Position numbers and translations under genes: made by a program. A model generated the notes under the pieces. It was not told the origin of the DNA. It saw only the letters and a list, made by a program, of their open reading frames with translations, and did no database searches. Shown piece by piece: positions 40,483 through 51,310 of a stretch of DNA of 64,000 bases (the stretch's first letter is position 1; every line of letters begins with the position of its first letter). This DNA is from an uncultured Gammaproteobacteria bacterium (GTDB lineage: Bacteria; Pseudomonadota; Gammaproteobacteria; GCA-001735895), in assembly GCA_937984095.1 (NCBI GenBank), contig CALJYH010000015.1, positions 7,065-71,064 on the forward strand, given 5' to 3'.

Positions 40483-42492
40483 TCAGGTGTTTCGAACCTT
40501 CGTGCTTTTGGCTGGGTCAAACAATACTAAGCGAGGTTTCTTGTTAGCGGTTAGATGCTTAATATTGTCGACGGTAACCGGTTTACAGTAGTAATACCCC
40601 TGCACCATATCGCAGCGTAGTTGGGATAACAGGGAGTCCTGGTCTGCTGTCTCCACGCCTTCAGCGATCGTCACCAGGTCCAGACCATGCGCCATCGTAA
40701 TGATTGCTTCGACCAGGCGCCGATGGCTACTGCTTGCGCCAATATCCTGAATAAATGAGCGATCAATTTTTAGAGTATTGACCGGGAATTCTCTCAGGCA
40801 ACTTAGCGCCGAGTAACCGGTACCAAAATCGTCGACTGCCAGTCTGATCCCCATGCGGCGAAACTCGGCCAGCACATCCTTGATTCGTATATCATCATCC
40901 ATCAGCAACGACTCGGTAATTTCGAGCAACAGCTTATCTGCCGGAAAGCCTGTCTCCTGGAGAATTTGTCGCATTTGCTTGTTATCGAATCCACCTTTGA
41001 ACTGACGCATCGATATGTTCACGGCAAGATAAAAACTGGAGTGCAAATCCTGCTCCAGCCACGTTAATGCCTCGCTACAGGAACGACGTAATACCCACAG
41101 TCCAATGTCCTCAATCAGCCCGGTTTCCTCGGCCACGGGAATAAATTCAGCCGGCAATATCAGGCCTCTTTTAGGATGTTGCCAGCGCAGTAAAGCCTCA
41201 ACTCCAATCAGGGAATGATTACTGAGTTCATATATCGGCTGAAAATAAACCTCGAGTTCATTCTGGGCCAGGGCCCTGCGCATGTCCTTGTCGAGTTCAA
41301 GAAAATGCCTTGCCCGATTGGTCATTTGCGAGGTGAAAAAACGAAACGTGTTACGTCCCTGGTCTTTAGCCTCGTACATGGCCATATCCGCATTTTTCAA
41401 CAGTGTATTTGCGTCTTCACCGTCATCCGGAGATATCGTTATACCGATACTGGCACTGGAGTAAACCTCGTGACCATACAGCATGAAGGGTTCTGCCAGA
41501 CTCGCAAGAATGTTTTTCGCAATGATAGAAGCATGTATCTCATCCGTCATGTCGGGCAGCAACACGGTAAACTCATCCCCTCCAAGTCGCGACACCACAT
41601 CGGTTTCACGAATCACCTCGCTAATTCTGATCGCGACCTGCTTAATCAGTTCGTCACCGAAATCATGACCGAGCGTGTCGTTAATCGTTTTGAAGCGATC
41701 AAGATCGATAAACATTAATGCGGTATGACCGGGGTTGCGTCGGCTTCGGGATACCGCTTCGCTCAGGTGTTCTATAAAATTCAGACGGTTGGGTAAATCG
41801 GTTAGGGAGTCAAAATTGGCCCGGTAGCGAATCTGTTCTTCGCTTTCTTTCAATGCCAGCACGCTCTTTTGCAGCCGGAATCCCAGCATTACCAGTCCTA
41901 CAGTCATTATTGTCAGGACTGCCAGAGTTAAGATCATAATATTACGAAAACCGTCTATCCTGTCAGCCTGTGTGGTCAGCACATCGATTGCTGTTTTACC
42001 CACCTGTAACAGCAATATCTCAGCTTCCGCATGCGCTTCCTTCGCTCGCATCTCTGCAATTTTCAGGGTTTGGGCAGAGGTCGGCTCAAAATTATAAAGT
42101 CCCTTTGTCAGCCAGGTATGGATATCGAAGATGGCAGGATTAAGCTTGGCATGGATCGCTGACGCTCCCAGCACATCATTAAATTGATAGCTCTCCCTGA
42201 TTACCTCGAGATAATGCTGCATCTCGTCGATCTGCCTGAGGACGATGCTGAAATTTCCGGGTGCCTGATTGTTGCGCGCGATACCGATGCTTTGCACCAG
42301 TGTGCCCATATCGCTAACGAGTACGCGAATATCGCGTTCCTGCTTTGACAGGGTTATTGGCAGAGCCTCCTCTATTTCCGAGAGCGTTCTTTCGACGTAG
42401 AAAATTACACCGGAAGTGCCGACCAAAAGCAGCAACACTAGCGTGAAGGGTATCGCCGGACGCATTAACAGTTTATTGATTAAAGCTTTCAT
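40483..42492 (-). CDS. Membrane sensor diguanylate cyclase/phosphodiesterase (periplasmic domain, GGDEF, EAL)
   Basis: TM1, a ~150-aa periplasmic region, TM2, GGDEF (RLGGDEFTVLL) and EAL (EALLRW…DDFGTGYSAL, KIDRSF) with catalytic motifs intact. Confidence 0.85.
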   Translation of the reverse strand: MKALINKLLMRPAIPFTLVLLLLVGTSGVIFYVERTLSEIEEALPITLSKQERDIRVLVSDMGTLVQSIGIARNNQAPGNFSIVLRQIDEMQHYLEVIRESYQFNDVLGASAIHAKLNPAIFDIHTWLTKGLYNFEPTSAQTLKIAEMRAKEAHAEAEILLLQVGKTAIDVLTTQADRIDGFRNIMILTLAVLTIMTVGLVMLGFRLQKSVLALKESEEQIRYRANFDSLTDLPNRLNFIEHLSEAVSRSRRNPGHTALMFIDLDRFKTINDTLGHDFGDELIKQVAIRISEVIRETDVVSRLGGDEFTVLLPDMTDEIHASIIAKNILASLAEPFMLYGHEVYSSASIGITISPDDGEDANTLLKNADMAMYEAKDQGRNTFRFFTSQMTNRARHFLELDKDMRRALAQNELEVYFQPIYELSNHSLIGVEALLRWQHPKRGLILPAEFIPVAEETGLIEDIGLWVLRRSCSEALTWLEQDLHSSFYLAVNISMRQFKGGFDNKQMRQILQETGFPADKLLLEITESLLMDDDIRIKDVLAEFRRMGIRLAVDDFGTGYSALSCLREFPVNTLKIDRSFIQDIGASSSHRRLVEAIITMAHGLDLVTIAEGVETADQDSLLSQLRCDMVQGYYYCKPVTVDNIKHLTANKKPRLVLFDPAKSTKVRNT

Positions 42493-42543
42493 TAACCAAA
42501 ATCTGGCAGCACAATTATTAGGCAGTCTCTGGGCAAAACTGGA

Positions 42544-43548
42544 TTACTCCGTCGACATGCCGAGTTCTTGGTAAAAACGCCTGGCACCCGGGTGCAGCGG
42601 TACCGCGATGCCATCCATTGCTGTTTCAAGGGTGATATACCTGCCTTTGGCATGACCGCTATCCAGCAATTTCCTGGAATTCTGATTCCACAGTGTTTTG
42701 GTTATCTGATAAATCATTTCTTCTTCCATTGTTGAGGCGACCAGCCATTGCGCGCCGACACTCACCGTCTCGACTCGTGAAACACCTGAATATACCCCAC
42801 CAGGGATGTGAGCTCGAGAGAAAAATCGATGCGAGGAGACCAACTGATCGGCTTCAGGCCCATTAATGGGGATTAAGTTTATACCGGTATCTTGTGCCAG
42901 TTCGGCCACCGCACGAGCTGGATAACCAGCCACAATAAAAAAGGCATCCAGCTTGTTGTCCTGGATTCTCCTGACAGCCAGATCCGGCTTGGTATATTCA
43001 ACCCGAATGTCGGTCTTGGAAATGCCGTACGCGCTCAAAACAAGTTCCGCGTCAATCAAGGTGCCCGAACCAGGCTCATCGAGCGAAACGCGTTTGCCGA
43101 GCAAGTCCCGTACGTTACGAATACCCGCGTCTTTACGCGTCACTATATGAATACTCTCCGGGTACAGATTAGCAATGGCACGAAGACTTCGAAAGGGCCT
43201 TTGGCCGGTAAAGGTTCCAGTTCCGGTATAGGCCCAGTAGGCGATATCCGACTGAACGAATCCAGATTCAAGACTACCCAGCTGCATACCCCTGACATTC
43301 GACACGGACCCATTTGCCGACTGTGCAATGACCACGAGACCGGGAGGACCACAGCTCCCGCCCTGATCACAGGGTCGTGAACCGGGCGGATTACTGACCG
43401 CACTGGCAATCATTCCACCTATCGGGTAATAAGTTCCGGCGATACCGCCGGTACCAATTCGAAAGAATTGCAGCTCGTCCGCCTGACCTGGAAAGATGGT
43501 ACTGATAACAAAAAGAATCAGACCGATTGACACGGGTAATACACGCAT
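42544..43548 (-). CDS. TAXI-family TRAP-type periplasmic solute-binding protein (orphan, no permease)
   Basis: Signal peptide plus FFRIGTGGIAGTYYPIGGMIA, the TAXI (TIGR02122) hallmark. 51 nt upstream of the GGDEF-EAL gene on the same strand. No DctQM permease in the vicinity. Confidence 0.8.
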   Translation of the reverse strand: MRVLPVSIGLILFVISTIFPGQADELQFFRIGTGGIAGTYYPIGGMIASAVSNPPGSRPCDQGGSCGPPGLVVIAQSANGSVSNVRGMQLGSLESGFVQSDIAYWAYTGTGTFTGQRPFRSLRAIANLYPESIHIVTRKDAGIRNVRDLLGKRVSLDEPGSGTLIDAELVLSAYGISKTDIRVEYTKPDLAVRRIQDNKLDAFFIVAGYPARAVAELAQDTGINLIPINGPEADQLVSSHRFFSRAHIPGGVYSGVSRVETVSVGAQWLVASTMEEEMIYQITKTLWNQNSRKLLDSGHAKGRYITLETAMDGIAVPLHPGARRFYQELGMSTE

Positions 43549-43783
43549 AATGTTCCATCAATTGCCGTTACACACCAACTTTAAGTCTAGGCCATAACCG
43601 TCAATATTCTGGCTTTTTAATAATAGTGTGATCCAGGGCGTGTTTTAATTAGACCGATTTGTTCGATTCCCAGATCTTGCATGAAATCTCCTGCTCGAAC
43701 GGGTATGAAATAGCCCCTGAACTGATTCAATTAATACCTTGTAAAACGGGCATACGCCACGGGAAACTTGCGATATTGGGTCC

Positions 43784-45199
43784 TTATGATCCTGGTAACG
43801 ACCGCTTGATTTCCTCGCCTGGCTTGTACCAGCCCAACCGCTTATGTAACGCAACCACCTCTCCAACCAGGATAAGAGTCGGTGCACGTACTTCATTTTC
43901 TGCAATGATACCCGGCAGGCTGTCTAGATCACCGACGAACACCCGTTGTTCGGTGGTTGTACCCTTTTCCACCAGGGCCGCAGGAGTGTTCGCGGCACGG
44001 CCATGTGCCTTCATCGAGCTGCAGATACGCTCGACGTTCTCAAGTCCCATGTAAAACACAACGGTCTGGTTGGCGTGACTCAGCATTTCCCAGTTAAGGT
44101 CTTCACCACCTTCGCGCCGATGACCGGTTACGAATATGCAGGCCTGCGAGTGATCACGATGGGTTAACGGAATACCGGCATAGCTGGCGCAGCCCGATGC
44201 GGCGGTGATACCCGGGACCACCTGAAACTCGATATTTTCATCGATCAGTTCGGCGAGCTCTTCACCACCACGGCCAAAGATAAATGGATCGCCGCCCTTT
44301 AAGCGCAACACGCGCTTACCTTCTTTTGCCAGGCGCACCAACAGCTGATTTATGTTTTCCTGGGGAATCGCGTGATTAGAACTTGCCTTACCGGCATAAA
44401 TTTTCTCGGCGTCGCGACGCACCATGTCCAGGATCGCGGGCGATACCAGCCGATCATAAACCACGACATCGGCTTTTTGCATCAAGCGCAATGCCTTGAA
44501 GGTGATCAGATCCGGATCACCCGGACCAGCGCCCACCAGGTAAACCTCTCCCTTAACCGTGTCGACATTAAAATCTGTTAACTGTTGGCGCAATAAATCA
44601 TGTGCGTCTTCATTTCTACCGGAAAAGATCAGTTCGGACACCTGCCCGTCGAGAATCGATTCCCAGAATCGTCGGCGTGAATCGACATCGGGCAAACTCG
44701 CTTTCACTTCGCCACGGAATTCCTCGGCTAACCTTGCAAGCTCGCCATAGGCACCAGGAATGCAACTCTCGAGTTTGGAACGCAACATCCGAGCCAGCAC
44801 CGGCGATACACCGCCCGTAGAGATAGCGATCTGGACCGGGTCGCGATCGATCATCGACGGCATGATAAAGCTGCAAAGATCGGGATTATCGACAACGTTG
44901 ACCGGGATATTACGGGCCTGGGCAAGCCGGGATATTTCACGATTAACCGTTTCATTGTCGGTCGCGGCGATAACACAGACTACGCCCTGAAGATCGGCTT
45001 CTACAAATGCTCGCTGTTCGATCTCCAGTGTTTGTGTTGTCGCCAGTTCGCGTAGCCGATCTCCTGCCTCGATGGTGACTACCCGCACCCTGCCCTCTGC
45101 CTTCAACAACAGCTCTGCCTTGCGCGCGGCAATAGCACCACCACCAACAACCAGGCAGGCTTTGTCCGAGATATTGTAAAAAACGGGTAGAAAATTCAT
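43784..45199 (-). CDS. cysG: Siroheme synthase (precorrin-2 dehydrogenase / ferrochelatase / uroporphyrinogen-III methyltransferase)
   Basis: N-terminal Rossmann VVGGGAIAARKAELLL, C-terminal SUMT domain (VYLVGAGPGDPDLIT, HRREGGEDLNWE). 471 aa. Confidence 0.9.
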   Translation of the reverse strand: MNFLPVFYNISDKACLVVGGGAIAARKAELLLKAEGRVRVVTIEAGDRLRELATTQTLEIEQRAFVEADLQGVVCVIAATDNETVNREISRLAQARNIPVNVVDNPDLCSFIMPSMIDRDPVQIAISTGGVSPVLARMLRSKLESCIPGAYGELARLAEEFRGEVKASLPDVDSRRRFWESILDGQVSELIFSGRNEDAHDLLRQQLTDFNVDTVKGEVYLVGAGPGDPDLITFKALRLMQKADVVVYDRLVSPAILDMVRRDAEKIYAGKASSNHAIPQENINQLLVRLAKEGKRVLRLKGGDPFIFGRGGEELAELIDENIEFQVVPGITAASGCASYAGIPLTHRDHSQACIFVTGHRREGGEDLNWEMLSHANQTVVFYMGLENVERICSSMKAHGRAANTPAALVEKGTTTEQRVFVGDLDSLPGIIAENEVRAPTLILVGEVVALHKRLGWYKPGEEIKRSLPGS

Positions 45200-45268
45200 C
45201 GGCTGACTAATCCTGAAGCCAGATTATAAGCTGACTGCATCGATCACGGCATCTTCACAATGGGGGAT

Positions 45269-45291
45269 AAAAAAAGCCCGCAAGCGCGGGC
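45269..45291 (-). terminator. Rho-independent terminator for the iscRSU transcript
   Basis: On the minus strand, GCCCGC-GCTT-GCGGGC followed by TTTTTTT. Located 22 nt downstream of iscU. Confidence 0.7.
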
Positions 45292-45312
45292 TATATCGAA
45301 TAAAGAAGCTGG

Positions 45313-45690
45313 TTATTGCTTCTTCGAGCGGTAATTGTCGATCGCGGCAGCAATCGCATCTTCAGCCAGCACCGAGCAATGAATTTTAACCGGTGGCAGC
45401 GCGAGCTCCTCGGCGATATGGGTATTCTTAATTTCCGCGGCTTCATCCAGGCTCTTACCCTTAACCCATTCGGTTACCAGTGAACTTGACGCGATCGCCG
45501 AGCCACAACCATAGGTTTTGAACTTGGCATCTTCGATGATGCCAGCGTCGCTCACTTTGATCTGTAGCTTCATTACGTCACCACAGGCAGGAGCTCCCAC
45601 CATACCGGTTCCGACCGAGTCGTCATCTTCGAGCACGCCAACGTTGCGCGGGTTTTCGTAATGATCGAGTACTTTTTCACTATAAGCCAT
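45313..45690 (-). CDS. iscU: Fe-S cluster assembly scaffold
   Basis: MAYSEKVLDHYENPRNVG…GAPACGDVMKLQI…CGSAIASSS. Highly conserved. Confidence 0.95.
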   Translation of the reverse strand: MAYSEKVLDHYENPRNVGVLEDDDSVGTGMVGAPACGDVMKLQIKVSDAGIIEDAKFKTYGCGSAIASSSLVTEWVKGKSLDEAAEIKNTHIAEELALPPVKIHCSVLAEDAIAAAIDNYRSKKQ

Positions 45691-45712
45691 GTTACACCTC
45701 TAAATGCAGCGC

Positions 45713-46951
45713 CTAATGCGCCACCCATTCAACAGAATTCAAATCTATACCGTCTTTGTACATATCCCAAAGTGGTGATAGATCACGTAATTTTTCTACC
45801 GCTGCACGTACCAGCACGACTGCATAATCGATTTCTTCAGCGGTGGTAAAGCGACCGATGGTAAAACGGATCGAGCTGTGCGCGAGTTCGTCGTTTCGGC
45901 CCAATGCGCGCAGCACGTAGGAAGGTTCCAGGCTTGCCGAAGTACAGGCCGAGCCTGAGGAAACCGCAAGGTCGCGCAACGCCATAATCAATGATTCGCC
46001 TTCGACGAAATTAAAACTGATATTAAGATTGCCGGCGATTCGATGTTCAATATCACCGTTGACATAAACTTCCTCCATATCATTCAGGCCGTTGTAAAGC
46101 CGATCGCGCAGCATACGAATACGTTCATTCTCGGTTGCCATCTCTTCCTGCGCGATGCGGAACGCTTCGCCCATGCCAACAATCTGGTGTGTAGCCAGGG
46201 TGCCGGAACGCATGCCACGCTCGTGGCCACCGCCGTGCATCTGAGCCTCGAGTCGCACGCGTGGTTTGCGCCGCACGTAAAGCGCACCGATACCCTTCGG
46301 ACCATAAGTCTTGTGTGCACTAAAAGACATCAGGTCTACTTTCAAGCGTTCCAGGTCAATCTCGACTTTGCCGGTTGATTGCGCCGCATCAACATGAAAG
46401 ATAATACCGCGCTCACGTGCGAATTCGCCGATGGCCTCGATATCCTGTATCACGCCAATTTCATTATTTACGTGCATGACCGAAATCATTATGGTCTGGT
46501 CGGTCGTCGCCGCCTTTAATTTCTCGAGATCGAGCAGGCCATTTTCTTCCGGATCCAGGTAGGTCACTTCAAAGCCTTCACGCTCGAGCTGACGACAGGT
46601 ATCCAGCACCGCCTTGTGCTCGGTTTTCATGGTGATGATGTGATTACCTTTCTTTTTGTAAAAATGCGCGGCGCCCTTGATCGCAAGATTATCCGCTTCG
46701 GTCGCACCGCTGGTCCAGATGATTTCACGCGGGTCTGCATTCACGAGATCGGCAACCTGCTGACGCGCCAGGTCTACCGCCTCTTCTGCGACCCAACCGA
46801 ATTCATGGCTGCGTGATGCGGGATTGCCAAAGTTACCCTCGATGGTCAGGTATTCCGACATTTTAGCCGCGACGCGCGGATCAATTGGCGTGGTCGCGCT
46901 GTAATCAAGATAAATAGGTAATTTGATATCACTCACTTCAACATTCTCCAA
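45713..46951 (-). CDS. iscS: Cysteine desulfurase
   Basis: [20 protein letters not shown]-terminus, PLP-lysine region [17 protein letters not shown], catalytic SSGSACTS loop. Confidence 0.95.
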   Translation of the reverse strand: MENVEVSDIKLPIYLDYSATTPIDPRVAAKMSEYLTIEGNFGNPASRSHEFGWVAEEAVDLARQQVADLVNADPREIIWTSGATEADNLAIKGAAHFYKKKGNHIITMKTEHKAVLDTCRQLEREGFEVTYLDPEENGLLDLEKLKAATTDQTIMISVMHVNNEIGVIQDIEAIGEFARERGIIFHVDAAQSTGKVEIDLERLKVDLMSFSAHKTYGPKGIGALYVRRKPRVRLEAQMHGGGHERGMRSGTLATHQIVGMGEAFRIAQEEMATENERIRMLRDRLYNGLNDMEEVYVNGDIEHRIAGNLNISFNFVEGESLIMALRDLAVSSGSACTSASLEPSYVLRALGRNDELAHSSIRFTIGRFTTAEEIDYAVVLVRAAVEKLRDLSPLWDMYKDGIDLNSVEWVAH

Positions 46952-47425
46952 TCAGGCTATCGCTTGTGGACGATTGATGAATCGTCCGTACTGCTGGTCC
47001 TGTTTCTTCACCAGTTCACTTATATCTGGGCGGTTAACGTATTGATCAAGCTTGATACCGCTTAAAAAACGGTAAAGATTGCAGGAAAGCTCGAACCATA
47101 ATTGATGTGTCAGGCACTTCTCACCCTGCGAGCAATTGCCCTTGCCACCGCATTTGGTCATATCGAGTTTTTCATCGACAGACTGAATAATGTCAGCAAC
47201 TGAAATCTGGCCTGCCGGGCGGGCCAGGCGATATCCGCCGCCCGGGCCTCTTACCCCTTCAACTAATCCACCTTTACGCAATTTGGCGAACAGCTGCTCA
47301 AGATAAGATAGCGAGATTCCCTGGCACTGTGAGATGTCGGCCAGGGTTACCGGGCCTACTCTCTCATGCAGGGCTATATCCATCATTGCGGTTACGGCGT
47401 AACGGCCTTTGGTAGATAATCGCAT
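46952..47425 (-). CDS. iscR: Rrf2-family Fe-S transcriptional regulator IscR
   Basis: MRLSTKGRYAVTAMMDIA wHTH domain and three Cys (C…CGGKGNC) for the 2Fe-2S cluster. Immediately adjacent to iscS. Confidence 0.9.
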   Translation of the reverse strand: MRLSTKGRYAVTAMMDIALHERVGPVTLADISQCQGISLSYLEQLFAKLRKGGLVEGVRGPGGGYRLARPAGQISVADIIQSVDEKLDMTKCGGKGNCSQGEKCLTHQLWFELSCNLYRFLSGIKLDQYVNRPDISELVKKQDQQYGRFINRPQAIA

Positions 47426-47435
47426 AAGATCTATT

Positions 47436-47462
47436 AATTCCTGACTAATTTAGTCAGGAATT
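47436..47462 (-). promoter_or_regulatory. IscR type-1 operator palindrome (autoregulatory site)
   Basis: aaTTCCTGACTAATTTAGTCAGGAAtt is a perfect palindrome matching the published type-1 consensus YYGACTRwwwYAGTCRR. Lies 11-37 nt upstream of the iscR start codon. Confidence 0.7.
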
Positions 47463-47576
47463 ATATCGATGACCGGGATCAGGTCAAGATGTATTTCGAG
47501 GGGCCTTTAAAGAATTATATATTCAGGGAATATTAAACAGCTAAATTATTATAAATCAACAATTTAAATGAGGTTT

Positions 47577-48044
47577 TTAAAGTGAATTAGAATTCGCCTT
47601 CAAATGCTGCATTGGATGAAAATAGTGTCCCTGGTGCAAACAGTAGCCGAGCCATTTATACAGAAAACGATTCATCCGCCATTTCTCGTCGATCATATTG
47701 GCAACATAAAGTGGACCGCGCGTGCGCGAATGGAATTGCTGCACTTCTACGACATGCGCATCATGGTAGACCTTTAAATGCAAATCAGGCTCAAACAGTG
47801 GCTGCCCGGCTTCTTCAAATTGATAGGTCATACGCAGCATCGTGGTGTACTTGCAACGTTCGGTGATCGAAAGATAGAGGTCCTGGTGTCCCGGTACCGA
47901 GGAAATCATCTCGTCGGCAACGCACAAGTCCGGCGCGATATTGCGCAACCGAATATAGTTCTGTTCGTACAGTTCCATCAGACCGGCAAAACTTCGCGCG
48001 TTGGCATCGCGTCCTTTTCTGACAGGCGTAAAATCAAGCAACAT
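47577..48044 (-). CDS. DUF1249-family protein
   Basis: 155 aa. Overlaps the ygfX stop by 11 nt. Sequence character fits DUF1249 (YqiB-like). Weak assignment. Confidence 0.45.
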   Translation of the reverse strand: MLLDFTPVRKGRDANARSFAGLMELYEQNYIRLRNIAPDLCVADEMISSVPGHQDLYLSITERCKYTTMLRMTYQFEEAGQPLFEPDLHLKVYHDAHVVEVQQFHSRTRGPLYVANMIDEKWRMNRFLYKWLGYCLHQGHYFHPMQHLKANSNSL

Positions 48045-48450
48045 TGCGCCGCTCCATCTTGCGCAACAGGTAGCGCATCTGCCGGTAAGACTGAATCGAT
48101 TTAAAGCGATCTGGATTCAATATCAGGGTCCTTGAATTCTGTTCATTAACTAGCTTAAGAATAGCAAACCATCGAGTCTGGTAAACCTTGTTTTTACTGT
48201 AGAAATATGGTTGACCGCCCTGTTCAAATTCAATCGCTTCGCTTTTAGAATCCAGGCGCAGTTTTATAATCCCCTGTCGAATCAAATACCTGGATTCAGT
48301 AACTGTCAACAGCAGCACCAGGGCTAAAGCGCTCAGTTTCAACAGCTCCGGATCCAAATAAAAAATAATCACAACAGCGACCAGGCCATGGCCAGCCAGA
48401 AGACAAACGAGTTGCGATTTAGAAGGTCGAATTTCGTAGTAGTTTTGCAA
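48034..48450 (-). CDS. ygfX: YgfX/CptA-like inner-membrane protein (SdhE partner)
   Basis: TTG start. Two adjacent TM helices near the N-terminus (LVCLLAGHGLVAVVIIFYL; LSALALVLLLTVT). Position immediately after sdhE, as in E. coli ygfY-ygfX. Confidence 0.55.
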   Translation of the reverse strand: MQNYYEIRPSKSQLVCLLAGHGLVAVVIIFYLDPELLKLSALALVLLLTVTESRYLIRQGIIKLRLDSKSEAIEFEQGGQPYFYSKNKVYQTRWFAILKLVNEQNSRTLILNPDRFKSIQSYRQMRYLLRKMERRNVA

Positions 48451-48462
48451 GCGACATCCCTG

Positions 48463-48708
48463 TTAATCCTGTCCCGACATGTTGCGTAGTAATTTGATAA
48501 AGCGCATCAGTTCGAGATCGTTTTCTTCGCTGCGTCCAAGCAGCAGGTTATATAAATCTGGATCGGGCATTTCCAGTAGTGCCTTGAAGATACCCTGATC
48601 AGTCGTTGATGCAGATTCGTAACAATCCTCGAGATATCTGCTCATGACGACATCCAGCTCTTTCATGCCGCGACGGCATAACCAGCGCAAGCGTGATAAC
48701 TCAGACAT
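48463..48708 (-). CDS. sdhE: FAD assembly factor SdhE (DUF339)
   Basis: RLRWLCRRGMKELD…FKALLEMPDPDLYNLLLG contains the conserved RGxxE motif of SdhE/YgfY. Start at MSELSRL (48708). The track extension is probably spurious. Confidence 0.8.
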   Translation of the reverse strand: MSELSRLRWLCRRGMKELDVVMSRYLEDCYESASTTDQGIFKALLEMPDPDLYNLLLGRSEENDLELMRFIKLLRNMSGQD

Positions 48709-48715
48709 CGTCCAG

Positions 48716-49498
48716 TTAGATCTTGCGTTGGACCAGCAGTTTCTTGGTTTCCGCAATCGCCTGCGCCGGATTCAGGCTTTTAGGGCAAACCTTGGCACAA
48801 TTCATGATCGTATGGCACCGGTAGAGCTTGAATGGATCTTCGAGGTCATCCAGGCGTTCGCCAGCAGCTTCGTCGCGGCTGTCGACAATCCATCGATACG
48901 CGTTCAACAACGCCGCGGGGCCAAGGTAACGGTCGCTATTCCACCAATAACTCGGGCAAGCAGTCGAGCAACAGGCACAGAGAATGCACTCATAGAGGCC
49001 GTCGAGCTTTTCGCGGTCTTCCCTCGATTGCAGGCGTTCGCGATCCGGCGGCGTCGCCGTATCGGTTTTCATCCACGGCTCCACCGAGGCATACTGTGCA
49101 TAAAAATTGGTTAAGTCCGATACCAGGTCTTTCACCACCGGCTGGTGCGGCAGTGGGTAGACCTTGACATCACCCTTGATTCCCGAAATCGACTGGGTAC
49201 AGGCCAGCGTATTACCGCCATCGATGTTCATCGAACAGGACCCGCAGATACCCTCACGGCAGGACCGACGCAACGACAGCGTGGCATCCATTTCATCCTT
49301 GATCTTTAGCAGCGCGTCCAGCACCATCGGGCCACAGGTATCAAGATCGACTTCATAGGTATCGGTGCGTGGATTTTCCCCGCTATCGGGATCATAACGA
49401 TACACTACGAAGCGCTTGATATTGGTCGCACCGGCTGCCGCCTTGAACAGCTTGCCCTGTTTGACCACGGAATTGGCGGGTAAGGTAAATTCGGCCAT
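48716..49498 (-). CDS. sdhB: Succinate dehydrogenase iron-sulfur subunit
   Basis: 2Fe-2S ([15 protein letters not shown]), 4Fe-4S ([13 protein letters not shown]) and 3Fe-4S ([13 protein letters not shown]) motifs. Confidence 0.95.
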   Translation of the reverse strand: MAEFTLPANSVVKQGKLFKAAAGATNIKRFVVYRYDPDSGENPRTDTYEVDLDTCGPMVLDALLKIKDEMDATLSLRRSCREGICGSCSMNIDGGNTLACTQSISGIKGDVKVYPLPHQPVVKDLVSDLTNFYAQYASVEPWMKTDTATPPDRERLQSREDREKLDGLYECILCACCSTACPSYWWNSDRYLGPAALLNAYRWIVDSRDEAAGERLDDLEDPFKLYRCHTIMNCAKVCPKSLNPAQAIAETKKLLVQRKI

Positions 49499-49519
49499 CT
49501 TGCTTACTTCCTCACAACT

Positions 49520-51307
49520 CTAATAAACACGTTTCTTCGGTGGGATAACATCACATTCATCACTCAGCGTGTACATGTGTACCGGGCGATAGTCAAAGCT
49601 GACATTACCCTTGTTATCGACCCAGGAAAGCGTGTGCTTCATCCAGTTTTCGTCGTCACGTTCCGGATAATCTTCACGTGCATGACCGCCACGACTCTCG
49701 GTACGATGTAAAGCGCTCTGAATCGTGGCTTGCGCCTGCAGCAACAGGTTTTCCAGTTCCAGGGTTTCAACCAGGTCGGTATTCCAGATCAAACCCCGAT
49801 CAGACAATCCGACGTCCTCGAAGCTGGCGAAAATTTCGTTCATCTTATCGACCCCTTCCTGCATCGAGTCACCGCTGCGAAAAACTGCCGCATGCTTTTG
49901 CATATCGCGTTGCATCTGATTTCTGATGCTGGCGGTCGTGGATCCGCCCGATGCATTACGTAAACGATCCAGGTGGTCGACGATGCCATCGCAACAATCA
50001 GACGCTAATGGCTTGTGCGCCATGCCGGGTTTTATATTTTCGGCAGCGCGTAATGCCGCAGCGCGTCCGAATACAACGATGTCGAGCAATGAGTTAGATC
50101 CCAGGCGGTTTGCGCCATGCACTGAAACGCAGGCGGCCTCGCCGATCGACATCAAACCGGGCACCACCGAATCAGGATCTCCATCTTTAAGTGTCACGAC
50201 CTCACCGTGGTAGTTGGTCGGGATACCACCCATGTTGTAATGTACGGTGGGCAACACCGGGATCGGTTCCCGGGTGACATCGACCCCAGCAAAAATCTCG
50301 GCCGATTCAGAAATCCCGGGCAGGCGTTCATCGATAACTTCTGGACCCAGGTGTTCGAGGTGCAGGTGGATATGATCCTTGTTCGGACCGACACCACGAC
50401 CCTCGTTGATTTCGACCGTCATTGAACGGCTGACCACATCTCGTGACGCCAGGTCCTTGGCGTTGGGGGCATAGCGCTCCATAAAGCGTTCGCCATCCGA
50501 ATTGGTTAGATAGCCACCCTCGCCTCGCACGCCCTCGGTAATCAGCACCCCGGCACCGTAAATGCCGGTTGGATGAAACTGTACAAATTCCATGTCCTGT
50601 AGCGGTAGACCGGCGCGAACCACCATACCGCCGCCATCGCCAGTACAGGTATGAGCGGAGGTCGCCGAGAAATAGGCCCGTCCACAACCGCCGGTGGCAA
50701 GCACTACGGTATGCGCACGAAAACGGTGCAGTTCTCCGCTCGCCAGGTCCCAGGCGACCACGCCGCGGCAGACACCTTCGTCCATGATCAAATCAATCGC
50801 GAAATACTCGATGAAAAATTCGGCGCGGTGTTTCAGTGACTGCTGGTAAAGCGTGTGCAAAATAGCGTGCCCGGTACGATCTGCAGCGGCACAGGTACGT
50901 TGCGCGGTACCTTCACCAAAATTCGTGGTCATACCGCCGAACGGGCGCTGATAAATCTTGCCTTCCTCGGTGCGTGAAAAGGGTACGCCATAATGCTCCA
51001 ATTCGATTACCGCAGGTACCGCCTCGCGACACATGTATTCGATAGCATCCTGGTCACCTAGCCAGTCTGAGCCCTTGATGGTGTCGTACATATGCCACTG
51101 CCAGCTATCCGGGCCCATGTTGCCGAGCGAAGCACTCATTCCACCCTGTGCCGCCACCGTATGGCTGCGGGTCGGAAAAACCTTGGTAATACAGGCAGTC
51201 GAAAGCCCGGCGGCAGCCATGCCAAGAGTTGCGCGCAGGCCTGCTCCGCCCGCACCGACAATAACGACGTCGTAGGCATGATCGATTAATTTATATTCGT
51301 TCGCCAT
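49520..51307 (-). CDS. sdhA: Succinate dehydrogenase flavoprotein subunit
   Basis: FAD-binding [14 protein letters not shown], covalent-FAD His region [10 protein letters not shown], catalytic HPTG and RxxxxGGH motifs. Confidence 0.95.
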   Translation of the reverse strand: MANEYKLIDHAYDVVIVGAGGAGLRATLGMAAAGLSTACITKVFPTRSHTVAAQGGMSASLGNMGPDSWQWHMYDTIKGSDWLGDQDAIEYMCREAVPAVIELEHYGVPFSRTEEGKIYQRPFGGMTTNFGEGTAQRTCAAADRTGHAILHTLYQQSLKHRAEFFIEYFAIDLIMDEGVCRGVVAWDLASGELHRFRAHTVVLATGGCGRAYFSATSAHTCTGDGGGMVVRAGLPLQDMEFVQFHPTGIYGAGVLITEGVRGEGGYLTNSDGERFMERYAPNAKDLASRDVVSRSMTVEINEGRGVGPNKDHIHLHLEHLGPEVIDERLPGISESAEIFAGVDVTREPIPVLPTVHYNMGGIPTNYHGEVVTLKDGDPDSVVPGLMSIGEAACVSVHGANRLGSNSLLDIVVFGRAAALRAAENIKPGMAHKPLASDCCDGIVDHLDRLRNASGGSTTASIRNQMQRDMQKHAAVFRSGDSMQEGVDKMNEIFASFEDVGLSDRGLIWNTDLVETLELENLLLQAQATIQSALHRTESRGGHAREDYPERDDENWMKHTLSWVDNKGNVSFDYRPVHMYTLSDECDVIPPKKRVY

Positions 51308-51310
51308 CGC

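Noticed and set aside
43640-43700. tRNA-like T-loop sequence GTTCGATTCCC
   Set aside because: No complementary acceptor stem or anticodon-arm structure can be built from the flanking sequence. It lies in the promoter region of the TAXI gene.
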